Shown in pieces: positions 45,082 through 54,280 of a stretch of DNA of 64,000 nucleotides. A program made the position numbers and the translations under genes. This DNA is from an uncultured bacterium (GTDB lineage: Bacteria; Zixibacteria; MSB-5A5; UBA10806), in NCBI GenBank assembly GCA_965541585.1, contig CBEUCH010000017.1:5922-69921 (forward strand), given 5' to 3'. How positions within the stretch are numbered: the stretch's first letter is position 1; the number at the start of each line of letters is the position of its first letter. The notes beneath the pieces are model-generated. The model was not told the origin of the DNA and searched no databases. It was given only the letters and a program-made list of their open reading frames with translations.

Positions 45082-46416
45082 TTATGCTTTCAAAGGTATT
45101 CTTATTGTGAATGTCGCTCCACCGCCGGGATTGTTCGATGCCCATATCGTGCCATAATGGGACCTTATTATACCATAGCAGACGGCCAGGCCGAGGCCGG
45201 TACCGTCATCCCTCTTGGTCGTATAAAACGGTTCGAATATTCTTCGCAGGTCAGCCTCGGGAATCCCCGTTCCGTTATCGATGAATTTCATCTCCACAGT
45301 CTTATTCAACTTCCTGGCGGAGATTGTTATCTTGCCGCCTTTAGGCATGGCATCGCGCGAATTCAACAGCAGATTCAAGAAAACCTGTCTCAGCTTCTCC
45401 GGAGAGCCATCCAGCCATAAGGGTTTATTGTCAAAGGATCTCACGATTCTGATTCGAGAATTTTCAAGTTCATTTTTCACCAGATCGAGAACGGCCGTCA
45501 GAGTTTCGCAGGCATCGAACTCCATCGGTTGCTCGACTGTTGGCCGGTAAAAATCGAGGAGTTGCTTCACTATCAGCGCTATTCTACCGACCTCCTCCTG
45601 AACAATTGCCAGGTTCTTCTTCACATCGGGATCATCGGTTGGCAATCTTGAGGTGATGGCGAGGTAGTTTTTGATTATCCCCAGCGGGTTGTTCACCTCG
45701 TGAGCGATGGAAGCGGAGAGTTTCCCCAGGGCAGCTAATCTTTCGGTTTCGACAAGCCGCTGCTGAGCCGAACGCAGTTCCTGCAGGGCCTTCTTTTCAC
45801 GCTCGTAAAGACCGGCGTTTTCAAGACCCACGCTGAGTTGATTTACGAGAATCGAGACGAATTCCAGATCATTGTCCTGATACGCCATGCCGCTAAGCTT
45901 CCGGGGAAGAAAAAGAATGCCCAGCAGATTATCTTTGGTTATCAAGGGTACGATCAGTTCGGCCTCCAGCATCTTGAGACGCGCGAAATCCTCCGAATTC
46001 TCTGGAATATGTTTTCGCAGGATATCAAACAACTGAGGACCGGGGGTTCGCTGGAGATACCGGGCCAGGGGGCCGACGCGCGAAAATCTCCAGGATTCGA
46101 TTTCCGGCAAATTGATTCCCTTTATGCTGATCTTGGATAAATCGCCTGTCGATTGATCCTGAACGACGATGGCGGCGCCGGATATACCCATCTGCCCTAT
46201 GCAGGTGAATAATATGGCATCCAGGAGTGAATCGATATCAAGCATGGAACTCAGATGCCGGGATATTTCAAAAACGGTATATAAGTCGAATATTTTCCTG
46301 CGAAGGTTTTTATTGGTGGCTGAAATGATACCTATGTTATCGGTCGGGGAAGGCTCCACCGTTTCCAGCTTATCCGTCGCATCTTTGGACGGATTCTTAT
46401 CCTTAGAATTCTTCAT
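45082..46416 (-). CDS. GAF-domain sensor histidine kinase
   Basis: 444 aa with a GAF region, the H-box 'SASIAHEVNNPLGII' and the ATPase region 'DNGTGIPEADL..GTGLGLAV'. The stop lies 1 nt from the next start. Confidence 0.9.
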   Translation of the reverse strand: MKNSKDKNPSKDATDKLETVEPSPTDNIGIISATNKNLRRKIFDLYTVFEISRHLSSMLDIDSLLDAILFTCIGQMGISGAAIVVQDQSTGDLSKISIKGINLPEIESWRFSRVGPLARYLQRTPGPQLFDILRKHIPENSEDFARLKMLEAELIVPLITKDNLLGILFLPRKLSGMAYQDNDLEFVSILVNQLSVGLENAGLYEREKKALQELRSAQQRLVETERLAALGKLSASIAHEVNNPLGIIKNYLAITSRLPTDDPDVKKNLAIVQEEVGRIALIVKQLLDFYRPTVEQPMEFDACETLTAVLDLVKNELENSRIRIVRSFDNKPLWLDGSPEKLRQVFLNLLLNSRDAMPKGGKITISARKLNKTVEMKFIDNGTGIPEADLRRIFEPFYTTKRDDGTGLGLAVCYGIIRSHYGTIWASNNPGGGATFTIRIPLKA

Positions 46417-46692
46417 TCCATCTATTAGTCGGCAGGATTCCCGGGTCGTTTGACCCCGTCATTTAATATCCTCGCGGCAGCGAAATTCCACACGATTAGA
46501 AAATGATCCTGATAGGAAAATAATCAAGCATTAATTAATGTCAATGCATTTCTGGGAAGGATGGATCCGAGAGGAAGGTCGTGTTCAGCTATGCAACCTG
46601 TTTTCCTAAGACTATATCCTTCAAATCTGCGCATCGAATCCAGCGCTTGAAACTCAGGCAACATGCATGGCCCCTGAAATATAGGTCTGTTG

Positions 46693-46721
46693 TTGAAATA
46701 TCCGGGTACGCATAATATAAT
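46693..46721 (+). promoter_or_regulatory. sigma-70-type promoter for the M50 protease gene
   Basis: TTGAAA (46693-46698), 17 nt, TATAAT (46716-46721), leaving a leader of about 155 nt. Confidence 0.5.
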
Positions 46722-46883
46722 AATAGCCTTTTTGTTTCAGGAGACAATATAATTCCTGGTTAAGTTATGAGATTGATTTTGAAAATATTAAGACCGGTGG
46801 ATCCGATTTCTGGTCACTGGAGTTATTCATGACGGAAGAGTATAGCCCCCGGTATTCAATTCGGGAACGAACTGTTTGGGTGG

Positions 46884-47993
46884 ATGAATATGAAGAGTCT
46901 CCCAGCTAATATTGCACAAGAAATAGGCGAATCACTGGCTGAGATTATCGAAGTTTCGGCAGTGTATACTTCCAGGCAAGAAATCCTGGTAAAGGGCAAG
47001 TTGCTATTTGAATCATCGTGGATACGGACTGAGATCGAATCGAGGCTGGCTGAGTTTGGCCTTAAAGTGGAAATTATATCCACTCAGCCATCTCTGGTGA
47101 TTCGCCTTAGATTGCTTGAAACGGCTAAATCCAGGGCATTCCCCTGGCTGAATGTTATCCTGTTCGGCGTCACCGTTCTGACAACGTTAGCCACAGGGGC
47201 CTTAATGGAGGGTGCGGACTGGATAGCAGATCCGCTCCTGATATTCAATGAGCCGTTACGAATAATATTAGCAGGATTGCCTTTTTCGGCATCGCTTTTG
47301 TCCATATTGCTGTTTCACGAGTTTGGCCATTACATAGCCGCGCGCATCCATGGGGTGAATGTATCGCTACCATATTTCATACCGGCGCCTCCTCCCTTCT
47401 CGCTGTTAGGCACCTTGGGAGCCCTTATCAAATCCAGATCCGCCTTCTTGAATAAAAGACAGCTTCTGGACGTGGCCGCGGCAGGACCGCTGGCAGGGCT
47501 GGCTGTCGCCATAATCGTTACCATAATAGGTGTCAAGACTTCCTCGGTGCAGCAAATACCGTCCGATTCCGGCGGTGTATTTTACGGCGACTCGATACTT
47601 TTCCAACTGATTACCTATGCCATCAAGGGCCCCATTCCGGACGGCAGCGCCCTTTTCATATCCTCTGTGGCTTTTGCCGGATGGGTCGGAATTCTGGTGA
47701 CAATGTTCAATCTCCTGCCGCTCGGCCAGCTCGACGGGGGCCATATAGGCTACGCCCTCCTTGGGAAATGGCAGAAGAATCTGGCATATTTGGTCATAGC
47801 CGGCCTGGTCGTCCTCTCATTATACTGGTTTGGCTGGACGATATGGATCTTGATCGGCATTTTACTCAAGCCCGGTCATCCGCCGACGGTGATGGACGAA
47901 CTGCCGCTCGGAAAGTGGCGGAAACTGATAGGCATACTAAGCATCATTGCCTTCGTCATCTGCTTCATACCGGTGCCAATCGAGATAGCGTAG
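46884..47993 (+). CDS. site-2 protease family (M50) membrane metalloprotease
   Basis: 369 aa, polytopic, with 'LLFHEFGHYIAARIHG' (HExxH) and 'NLLPLGQLDGGH'. Confidence 0.85.
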   Translation: MNMKSLPANIAQEIGESLAEIIEVSAVYTSRQEILVKGKLLFESSWIRTEIESRLAEFGLKVEIISTQPSLVIRLRLLETAKSRAFPWLNVILFGVTVLTTLATGALMEGADWIADPLLIFNEPLRIILAGLPFSASLLSILLFHEFGHYIAARIHGVNVSLPYFIPAPPPFSLLGTLGALIKSRSAFLNKRQLLDVAAAGPLAGLAVAIIVTIIGVKTSSVQQIPSDSGGVFYGDSILFQLITYAIKGPIPDGSALFISSVAFAGWVGILVTMFNLLPLGQLDGGHIGYALLGKWQKNLAYLVIAGLVVLSLYWFGWTIWILIGILLKPGHPPTVMDELPLGKWRKLIGILSIIAFVICFIPVPIEIA

Positions 47994-48023
47994 CCCTTTA
48001 AAGATTCTGTGATAATTAGAAAG

Positions 48024-48060
48024 CGCCCGGCGGATCTCCCATTCAATGGTCCACCGGGCG
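48024..48060. terminator. hairpin between convergent M50 and M36-like genes
   Basis: CGCCCGGCGG (48024-48033) pairs with CCACCGGGCG (48051-48060), 9/10 bp, around a 17-nt loop. No strong U-tract. Confidence 0.45.
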
Positions 48061-48089
48061 GATCTTGTGTCAGCTTTCGAGAAATAATT

Positions 48090-50993
48090 CTATTTTAGAT
48101 ATAGCATCTTTCTGGCGTTGGTAAAATCCCCTGCCTGCAACTTATACAGATAGATGCCACTGGCAACGTCGCCGCCGGAACTTTCGCGGCCATCCCATAC
48201 AACCGAATGAGCGCCTGCGGGAAGACCGGCAATCTCATAACCACGCACCAGGCGGCCGGCGATATCGTATATCTGGATTTCGACATCCGATTGCTCCGGT
48301 AAATCGAACGAGATTTCTGTTCGCCCATTGAATGGATTCGGATAGTTCTGATGCAAGGCAAATATGGTCGGGGTCTGAGTATTCGAATTCGGCTCCGTGC
48401 CGGTGGGGACGAATGAGTATATGGCGAAATCATCTACTCCGGCTTCCACCAGCGATCCCGGCGAACGGTCCATGGCGACGAATCGTAATTGAATCTCCGA
48501 AGTTGGCTCCACGAATTGTTCCAGCAAAAACCTGGATCTCTGCCAGTAGTTCTCGGTGGAGGTAACCATTTCGAGGTTCGTCCACCTGGCGCCGCCATCA
48601 TTGGAGATATCCACGAAGAAGGTGTCATCCATACTGGTGCGGATGGTATACCAGCGATAATATTCCATCAGGGCGCTTTCCTGCCCTTCCAGATCGTAAA
48701 CCGGGGTATAGAGAGTCGTTTTGCCGTCGTCGACATCGTTGGCACCATTGTTCGGATCTCCCAGCGGATGCTGGCCGGTTACGAAACAGTAAATGCCCGG
48801 CGCAGACGTATGATCATCCTCCGGCTGATATGGGAAATTCGGGTCGCTATCGGAGTATGTTCCATTGGGATCGACCCGTTCCCAGATGCCGGAGGTGGCG
48901 TCATCGTCGAAAGCCCCGACTTGCCAGCCGGTTTCCGACTCAAGATCGTCAAATTCAATCAATATGGGCTCCCCGATCACAAAAATATGTGTCCGATCGG
49001 GTGCTCCTGCCGGATGAAAGAATTCTCTACCGACAACGTCGGTGGCCGAGATATAGTATTCGACAAGTGTTCCCAGGGGCTGTGCCGGTATGGAACCGCT
49101 ATATTCATCCTGATTACCCGTAGGCCCCATCTGAACCACATCGAATTCATCGTCTCCCACTGCCCGGTGAAACACGAAAACGAGGTCATTATCAATCGGG
49201 AAAACAGGGGCGGTGATAGTTGCGATCACCGGATAAGGATTGGAGTCATCATCGGTATCGCCCAGAGGTTCATGTATAAATGAGGCTCCGGCCGGTTCTA
49301 TTCCATGAAGCGCAAAGGCGCTAAGGATCAAATCGGAATTCGGCGTGCCGTTATAAAGATCATCGTCATCATCATCGACTAAGAGTATGTCGATAAGGTA
49401 GTCCCAGTAGTCGGTGGAATAGTAGTAGCGGGCGAAGTGGAAAAGGGTGTCGCAGTAGGTTACTCTCGGGTCAAGCGCCTCCCTCAAATCCCAGAGGGCG
49501 CCGGCGACGATCAGACCATCATTATGCGATTCCCCGCTCCAATCGTCGGGCCAGCGGTTGGTATTATCCACCGTGCGGAGGTATGTTCCTTCTCCCTGGA
49601 ATCCCCTGCCGATGAGCGGCTGATCGGTGATGGTAGCAGCTATGTAATCCGACCACCCCTCGTGCTGGGCGCCCGATGGCGATTGCGGCCGGTACTGAAA
49701 ATCTGTGATTCCATGTCCGTATTCATGGTAGATGACATCGGCTATTTCGCCGGTGTTCTCACAACCTCCTCCCCTGCGGAAGAAATTGATGGAGCTGCCG
49801 TCCCAGTAAGCGTTGCAGGTTTGATTCAGATTGACGTTGCAGGGCAGGGCGAAATCGAGAAGCGTGAATCCCGGATCGATGGCCTTGATGTAATCATGGA
49901 TAACATTGGTATGGAAAAAGCAGGTTCGCTCATCCGCGCGGGCGGTAATGAGATCCCATTCGAAATAGAGCGTATCTCCGGGGGTGATCTCACCATCATA
50001 GAGGGCATCGGCGCCCCCGGTGTTGTTGACGTTCACAAAATATCCATTTAGCTCCGTGCTAAAATTGCGCGTCTCCGGGCCGTCGACCTCTGAAGTGAAA
50101 AAACCCTCCTGGTCAGTATATACCCGACCTACCTGGTCGATATTGACCGACTCGAACTCGAAGGGCATGGTGGTGAGTGGATCAAAGGGCGTCGACTCGT
50201 AAATCTGGCCGCTTATATAACCGTCTACCGTTTCATAATAGATCAGGCTTTTACGGTAAAGAACCTCGCCACTGTTGGCATCCACCACCGACAGCCAGCG
50301 CGACGGCTGATCAGACTCAATCTCCAGTCTGTATGCCAGTCTGTAATCGAACCCGCTCTCGGCGGGCAGCGGCATTATGATCAACTCCGGTTCGGTGAAT
50401 ACGTATTCCGCTAATGACAAACCGGTCTGCGCCGCCAGGCTGGCAGCCTCCTTCGAGAGGGCTGGCGCCGGCGCAATATCTATCCCGGGGAGATAGCCGC
50501 ATCTGAACAGGACCACATTGCCTCTGTCTGAAATAACGACGGTGACAAGGCTCCGGAAAACATTCAGATTATCATATTGCTGGCCGAAATGCACTACCCA
50601 GCGGTCCAGGATATGCCTTGCTGAAAGCAATATCATATCCTCGATAGGCACCCGGAGCAGATCGAACTCCGATCTCAAAAACGTTTTCGCCAGCTCGCCG
50701 GCGCTGACATCGTCGATAGGGATTCCGATATAGGCGGAGCCTCCCACCCCCTGCCGAATCAGTCCCGTTCTTTCATTTACCTGCATAGCCCAATTCCCAT
50801 GCCGGCCGATGAAATCGCTTATTGTGGGATCAAACGATGATAGTTCGCTGAGACTCGACAAAAATACCGGCTGGTCATCATAGTAAGGAATCGAAATCGA
50901 CTCCGTCTCGAATCCTCCGTCGGTCGTAAAAGCGTAAGCGCTCGAGGATACTCCAAAAGAGACAATTAAGATCGTCGCAAATAAGGTTTTCAT
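48090..50993 (-). CDS. secreted M36/fungalysin-like zinc metalloprotease with a T9SS C-terminal sorting domain
   Basis: 967 aa with a signal peptide, 'VIYHEYGHGITD' and 'HEGWSDYIA' (zincin plus fungalysin-type EGWSD). The C-terminal ~80 aa, 'LHQNYPNPFNGRTEISFDL...IYDIAGRLV...WDGRESSGGDVASGIYLYKLQAG..KMLYLK', is typical of Por-secretion tails. Confidence 0.85.
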   Translation of the reverse strand: MKTLFATILIVSFGVSSSAYAFTTDGGFETESISIPYYDDQPVFLSSLSELSSFDPTISDFIGRHGNWAMQVNERTGLIRQGVGGSAYIGIPIDDVSAGELAKTFLRSEFDLLRVPIEDMILLSARHILDRWVVHFGQQYDNLNVFRSLVTVVISDRGNVVLFRCGYLPGIDIAPAPALSKEAASLAAQTGLSLAEYVFTEPELIIMPLPAESGFDYRLAYRLEIESDQPSRWLSVVDANSGEVLYRKSLIYYETVDGYISGQIYESTPFDPLTTMPFEFESVNIDQVGRVYTDQEGFFTSEVDGPETRNFSTELNGYFVNVNNTGGADALYDGEITPGDTLYFEWDLITARADERTCFFHTNVIHDYIKAIDPGFTLLDFALPCNVNLNQTCNAYWDGSSINFFRRGGGCENTGEIADVIYHEYGHGITDFQYRPQSPSGAQHEGWSDYIAATITDQPLIGRGFQGEGTYLRTVDNTNRWPDDWSGESHNDGLIVAGALWDLREALDPRVTYCDTLFHFARYYYSTDYWDYLIDILLVDDDDDDLYNGTPNSDLILSAFALHGIEPAGASFIHEPLGDTDDDSNPYPVIATITAPVFPIDNDLVFVFHRAVGDDEFDVVQMGPTGNQDEYSGSIPAQPLGTLVEYYISATDVVGREFFHPAGAPDRTHIFVIGEPILIEFDDLESETGWQVGAFDDDATSGIWERVDPNGTYSDSDPNFPYQPEDDHTSAPGIYCFVTGQHPLGDPNNGANDVDDGKTTLYTPVYDLEGQESALMEYYRWYTIRTSMDDTFFVDISNDGGARWTNLEMVTSTENYWQRSRFLLEQFVEPTSEIQLRFVAMDRSPGSLVEAGVDDFAIYSFVPTGTEPNSNTQTPTIFALHQNYPNPFNGRTEISFDLPEQSDVEIQIYDIAGRLVRGYEIAGLPAGAHSVVWDGRESSGGDVASGIYLYKLQAGDFTNARKMLYLK

Positions 50994-51130
50994 TCTTCCT
51001 CCCGGGAATCAGGTTTTTCTACAATCTTAAAACAGATAAGGTGGTTATTAAATTCCACACTTTCCAATATAATAGATAATCAGGCATTTAAAACTTGATT
51101 TTTCCACCCCTCGCCGATAGCTTGGCGTCC

Positions 51131-52123
51131 ATGGTAATGATTCCTGCTACACACTCGAGCTTTCCCCGGGTCGGGGATAAGCCCGAGCAGCAGAAACTCA
51201 GGCGGGCATATGCCGGCTATGAAAAGGGCAAAATCCCGGAGGCCGAGTTCAGGGAAGCTCAGGATTCGCTGGTTAAGGAGGTTATCTCCATCCAGGAGCA
51301 AGCCGGATGCGAGATTGTTACCGACGGTATGATCCGCTGGTATGATCACGTATCCCACATAGCCAGACAACTGATGGGGTTCGAAATAAACGGCCTCTTG
51401 CGGTTTTTCGATACCAACTATTATTATCGCCAACCTGTGGCTGGAGACAGCATCTCCGCCGGAGACGGCACCTTTTCTGATGAATTCACTTTTGCCGCAA
51501 ATAGCTCGAAGAGCCCGGTCAAGGCGACACTCCTGGGGCCTTACAGCATGGCGAGGATGTCGCAGAATAATTCATCGATGAAATTCGAGCGATTCTGCCT
51601 GCGCCTGAGCGAGATCTTAAGCGACGAGGTTCACCATCTGGCGGATGCGGGTGCCGGATTCATACAGATCGAGGAGCCGGCCTTCGTCAGGGAACCGCAG
51701 CATTACGATCTATTCATAAGCTGTCTTGAGAATATTGCGCGATCGAAAGGCAAAGCGAAAATTATCCTGGCCTTCTATTTCGGAGACTGCGTTCCATTAT
51801 GGAATCACTTACCTGATTTTCCCGCGGATTTCCTCGGCCTGGATTTCACCTACTCCCCCGGTTTAATGGATAGGATTTCGGCAGATGGCTTCCCCGGGTC
51901 GGTTTCGTTCGGTCTATTGGATGGCAGAAATACCAGAATGGAATCTGCGGATGAATTAGCGGGTTTACTGGAGAAAGCCCTGGCGAAGGTTGATTCCGAC
52001 TGCTGCCATATTACAACATCATGTGGACTGGAGTTTCTCCCCCGCGATTACGCCATCAGGAAGCTCGAGTTGACATCACGGGTGGCTGAACTGTTAAATG
52101 GGTCCTACGGATCTGCAGGATAA
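51131..52123 (+). CDS. MetE-like (beta-alpha)8 protein lacking the His-x-Cys zinc motif (N-terminal-barrel-like)
   Basis: About 330 aa; 'PATHSSFPRVGDK', 'DGMIRWYD' and 'IQIEEPAF' resemble cobalamin-independent methionine synthase. The H-x-C position reads 'FYFGDC'; a late 'SCGLEFLPR' is retained. Confidence 0.7.
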   Translation: MVMIPATHSSFPRVGDKPEQQKLRRAYAGYEKGKIPEAEFREAQDSLVKEVISIQEQAGCEIVTDGMIRWYDHVSHIARQLMGFEINGLLRFFDTNYYYRQPVAGDSISAGDGTFSDEFTFAANSSKSPVKATLLGPYSMARMSQNNSSMKFERFCLRLSEILSDEVHHLADAGAGFIQIEEPAFVREPQHYDLFISCLENIARSKGKAKIILAFYFGDCVPLWNHLPDFPADFLGLDFTYSPGLMDRISADGFPGSVSFGLLDGRNTRMESADELAGLLEKALAKVDSDCCHITTSCGLEFLPRDYAIRKLELTSRVAELLNGSYGSAG

Positions 52124-52129
52124 AATGCA

Positions 52130-53128
52130 ATGAGCCGTGAAGTTTTGAATAAACTGGGAATAGACCTTCCGATTTTGCCGACGACATCGGTTGGCAGTTT
52201 CCCCAAGCCTCGTTATTTGATCAAAGGCCGATCGGATCGCAAGAAAGGCAAAATCAGCGATTCAGAATTGGCAGATCTCGAGGATCGCGCCACCCGGGAA
52301 TGGATTGAATTCCAGGAGAATATTGATATCAGCGTCATCGTCGACGGCGAGATGTATCGCGGCGATATGGTCGCCTATTTCGCCGAGAATATCCCCGGAT
52401 TCGATCCCGGCGGACTGGTGCGCTCCTACGGCAACCGCTACTATTACAAGCCCATCATCAAGGGAAAACTCGAATACCCGGGGCCGATAACGGTTGACTG
52501 GTGGAAGAAGACGCAATCACTGACTGACCAGCCGGTCAAGGGGATGCTGACCGGACCTTATACTATCATGGATTGGTCATTCAATGAGTTTTATGCCGAT
52601 CGAGCCGCCGCCAGTTGCGCTCTGGCGCAACTAATTCGCCAGGAGGTGGCCGAATTGATAAAGGCGGGTTGTAAGATCGTCCAGGTCGACGAACCGGCCA
52701 TCAGCGTCAGGCCGGAGGAACTCGAGATAGCGAAAAAGGCGCTGAATATAGTCACCGAGGGGCAGGAGGCCTATTTCATCACCCATATCTGCTATGGCTC
52801 GTTCGAGAAGATATATCCCGGCATGCTGGAGCTGCCGGTGCACAATATCGACCTGGAGATGTCGAATTCGGACCTCGACATGCTTAAATATTTCAAGCGT
52901 TACCCCTTCACCAAGGATATCACCTTCGGCGTTGTGGACGTTCACTCGCACGTGATCGAGGATGTCGATCTGATCAAGTCCCGGATCGAGCAGGCCTTAA
53001 AATACCTCCCGAAAGAAGCAGTCTGGATCGATCCCGATTGCGGCCTGAAAACCCGCACGGTGGACGAGGCCAAAGCGAAGCTGGAGAATATACAGGCGGC
53101 GGTGGCGGCGGTGCGCGAAGCGTTATAG
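52130..53128 (+). CDS. cobalamin-independent methionine synthase catalytic-domain protein (core MetE)
   Basis: 332 aa; 'LPTTSVGSFPKP', 'VDGEMYRGDMV' and 'VQVDEPAIS', with Zn ligand candidates 'HICYG', 'DLEMS' and 'DPDCGLKTR'. Confidence 0.85.
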   Translation: MSREVLNKLGIDLPILPTTSVGSFPKPRYLIKGRSDRKKGKISDSELADLEDRATREWIEFQENIDISVIVDGEMYRGDMVAYFAENIPGFDPGGLVRSYGNRYYYKPIIKGKLEYPGPITVDWWKKTQSLTDQPVKGMLTGPYTIMDWSFNEFYADRAAASCALAQLIRQEVAELIKAGCKIVQVDEPAISVRPEELEIAKKALNIVTEGQEAYFITHICYGSFEKIYPGMLELPVHNIDLEMSNSDLDMLKYFKRYPFTKDITFGVVDVHSHVIEDVDLIKSRIEQALKYLPKEAVWIDPDCGLKTRTVDEAKAKLENIQAAVAAVREAL

Positions 53129-53151
53129 GATTCTAAAAAAAAAGATATATA

Positions 53152-53180
53152 TTGCGTTTTAATAATTGATGAACTAATAT
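53152..53180 (+). promoter_or_regulatory. sigma-70-type promoter for the lipoprotein pair
   Basis: TTGCGT (53152-53157), 17 nt, TAATAT (53175-53180). Confidence 0.45.
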
Positions 53181-53244
53181 ATCTATGTTTCCTTCCCCCG
53201 GGAATCAATGGATAAGTATAACTTTTGAGCCGGGAGGTAAAAGA

Positions 53245-53721
53245 ATGCTAAGGCTAATTAGCGTCATGGTTTTATTGACCTTCATTCTTTCATGTGCAAC
53301 GACAGGAATGCAGAAGAAAGAAGAAGAAGCTCCGCTAAGAACCAAGGTTGAAGCATCAAAAGAAAAAATCTATCAAATCACCGCAACAAAACTAATGGAG
53401 TATGGCTTTGAAATCGAATCATCAGATCCGGTTCTTGGCAGAATAAGCACGAAATATGTAAATCTAAAGCCCGGTTTTGCTGGAGGACTTGCCTTGGCAG
53501 CACTGGGGGCAAAGGATTTTAAAGTCAGTATCACAACACAAATTATTGAATCCGATTCCGGATATTGTGAATTGATAATGAGAGGTGTTGGCCAATACGC
53601 AATGGATCAAGGTTTATTCCAAGAAGATGAAATCAAATATCAGCCCGTTCGGAAGGATACCTATACCTATAACCAAATGAAGGAGATTTCTCTGGCCATC
53701 AAGACGGAGGTTGAACAATGA
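53245..53721 (+). CDS. hypothetical lipoprotein
   Basis: ATG 53245 lies 6 nt after GGGAGGT. Lipobox 'LLTFILSC'; 158 aa; family not recognised. Confidence 0.65.
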   Translation: MLRLISVMVLLTFILSCATTGMQKKEEEAPLRTKVEASKEKIYQITATKLMEYGFEIESSDPVLGRISTKYVNLKPGFAGGLALAALGAKDFKVSITTQIIESDSGYCELIMRGVGQYAMDQGLFQEDEIKYQPVRKDTYTYNQMKEISLAIKTEVEQ

Positions 53722-54071
53722 GAAAATATATATTATTCGTTTTCATAACCGTCACATTATTATTCGGCTGTGAAAAAGACGAAGCAACCGGGCCTGTTAT
53801 CTATTCTGTTAAATATGAGGCTACCGGGACTACTGCATCCGTCAATATTACGATTGAAAATGAACAAGGCGGAACATCTCAGTATGCTGATATAAATCCA
53901 ACATGGGATTATAGTTTCACGCGGTCTGCGGGGGAATTCGTATATATCTCGGCTCAAAATCAAACTGAATATGGCTCAGTTACAGTCACTATTTACGTCG
54001 ATGGCGATGTATGGAAAACATCATCGAGTAACGGCGCTTATGTCATAGCATCCGCAAGTGGCATACTATAA
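53718..54071 (+). CDS. hypothetical lipoprotein
   Basis: 117 aa with lipobox 'VTLLFGC'. ATGA overlap with the preceding gene; beta-rich. Confidence 0.65.
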   Translation: MRKYILFVFITVTLLFGCEKDEATGPVIYSVKYEATGTTASVNITIENEQGGTSQYADINPTWDYSFTRSAGEFVYISAQNQTEYGSVTVTIYVDGDVWKTSSSNGAYVIASASGIL

Positions 54072-54145
54072 GCCAATCCCGCTGGAAGCACTGGGTCGAG
54101 GATGGAGTCGCGTATATAAGCGAAGGGGGTATGCTCTCATCATAA

Positions 54146-54230
54146 CTGTGGTTGGCGTACCTCCCGGTGCGCCAGCGGGATCGTCGTCGGACGGGGACCC
54201 CGCCAAAGGCGGGGCCGAGCACAATCACCT
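54146..54230 (+). repeat. 85-nt structured repeat, copy 1
   Basis: Gap-free alignment to 55410-55494 gives 73/85 identical. It contains hairpin GTTGGCG-N12-CGCCAGC and hairpin CCCCGCC-AAA-GGCGGGG. Confidence 0.85.
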
Positions 54231-54280
54231 TTAGTTACGACTCCCCTCCCCTTCAGATTTTCTATATTGACATAAGCAAT

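Noticed and set aside
46762-46940. Two mini-ORFs in the M50 leader: MRLILKILRPVDPISGHWSYS and MTEEYSPRYSIRERTVWVDEYEESPS, the second with a GGAG SD.
   Set aside because: At 21 and 26 codons they have no recognisable motif and I cannot assess conservation. They could be leader peptides but are not supportable from this window alone.
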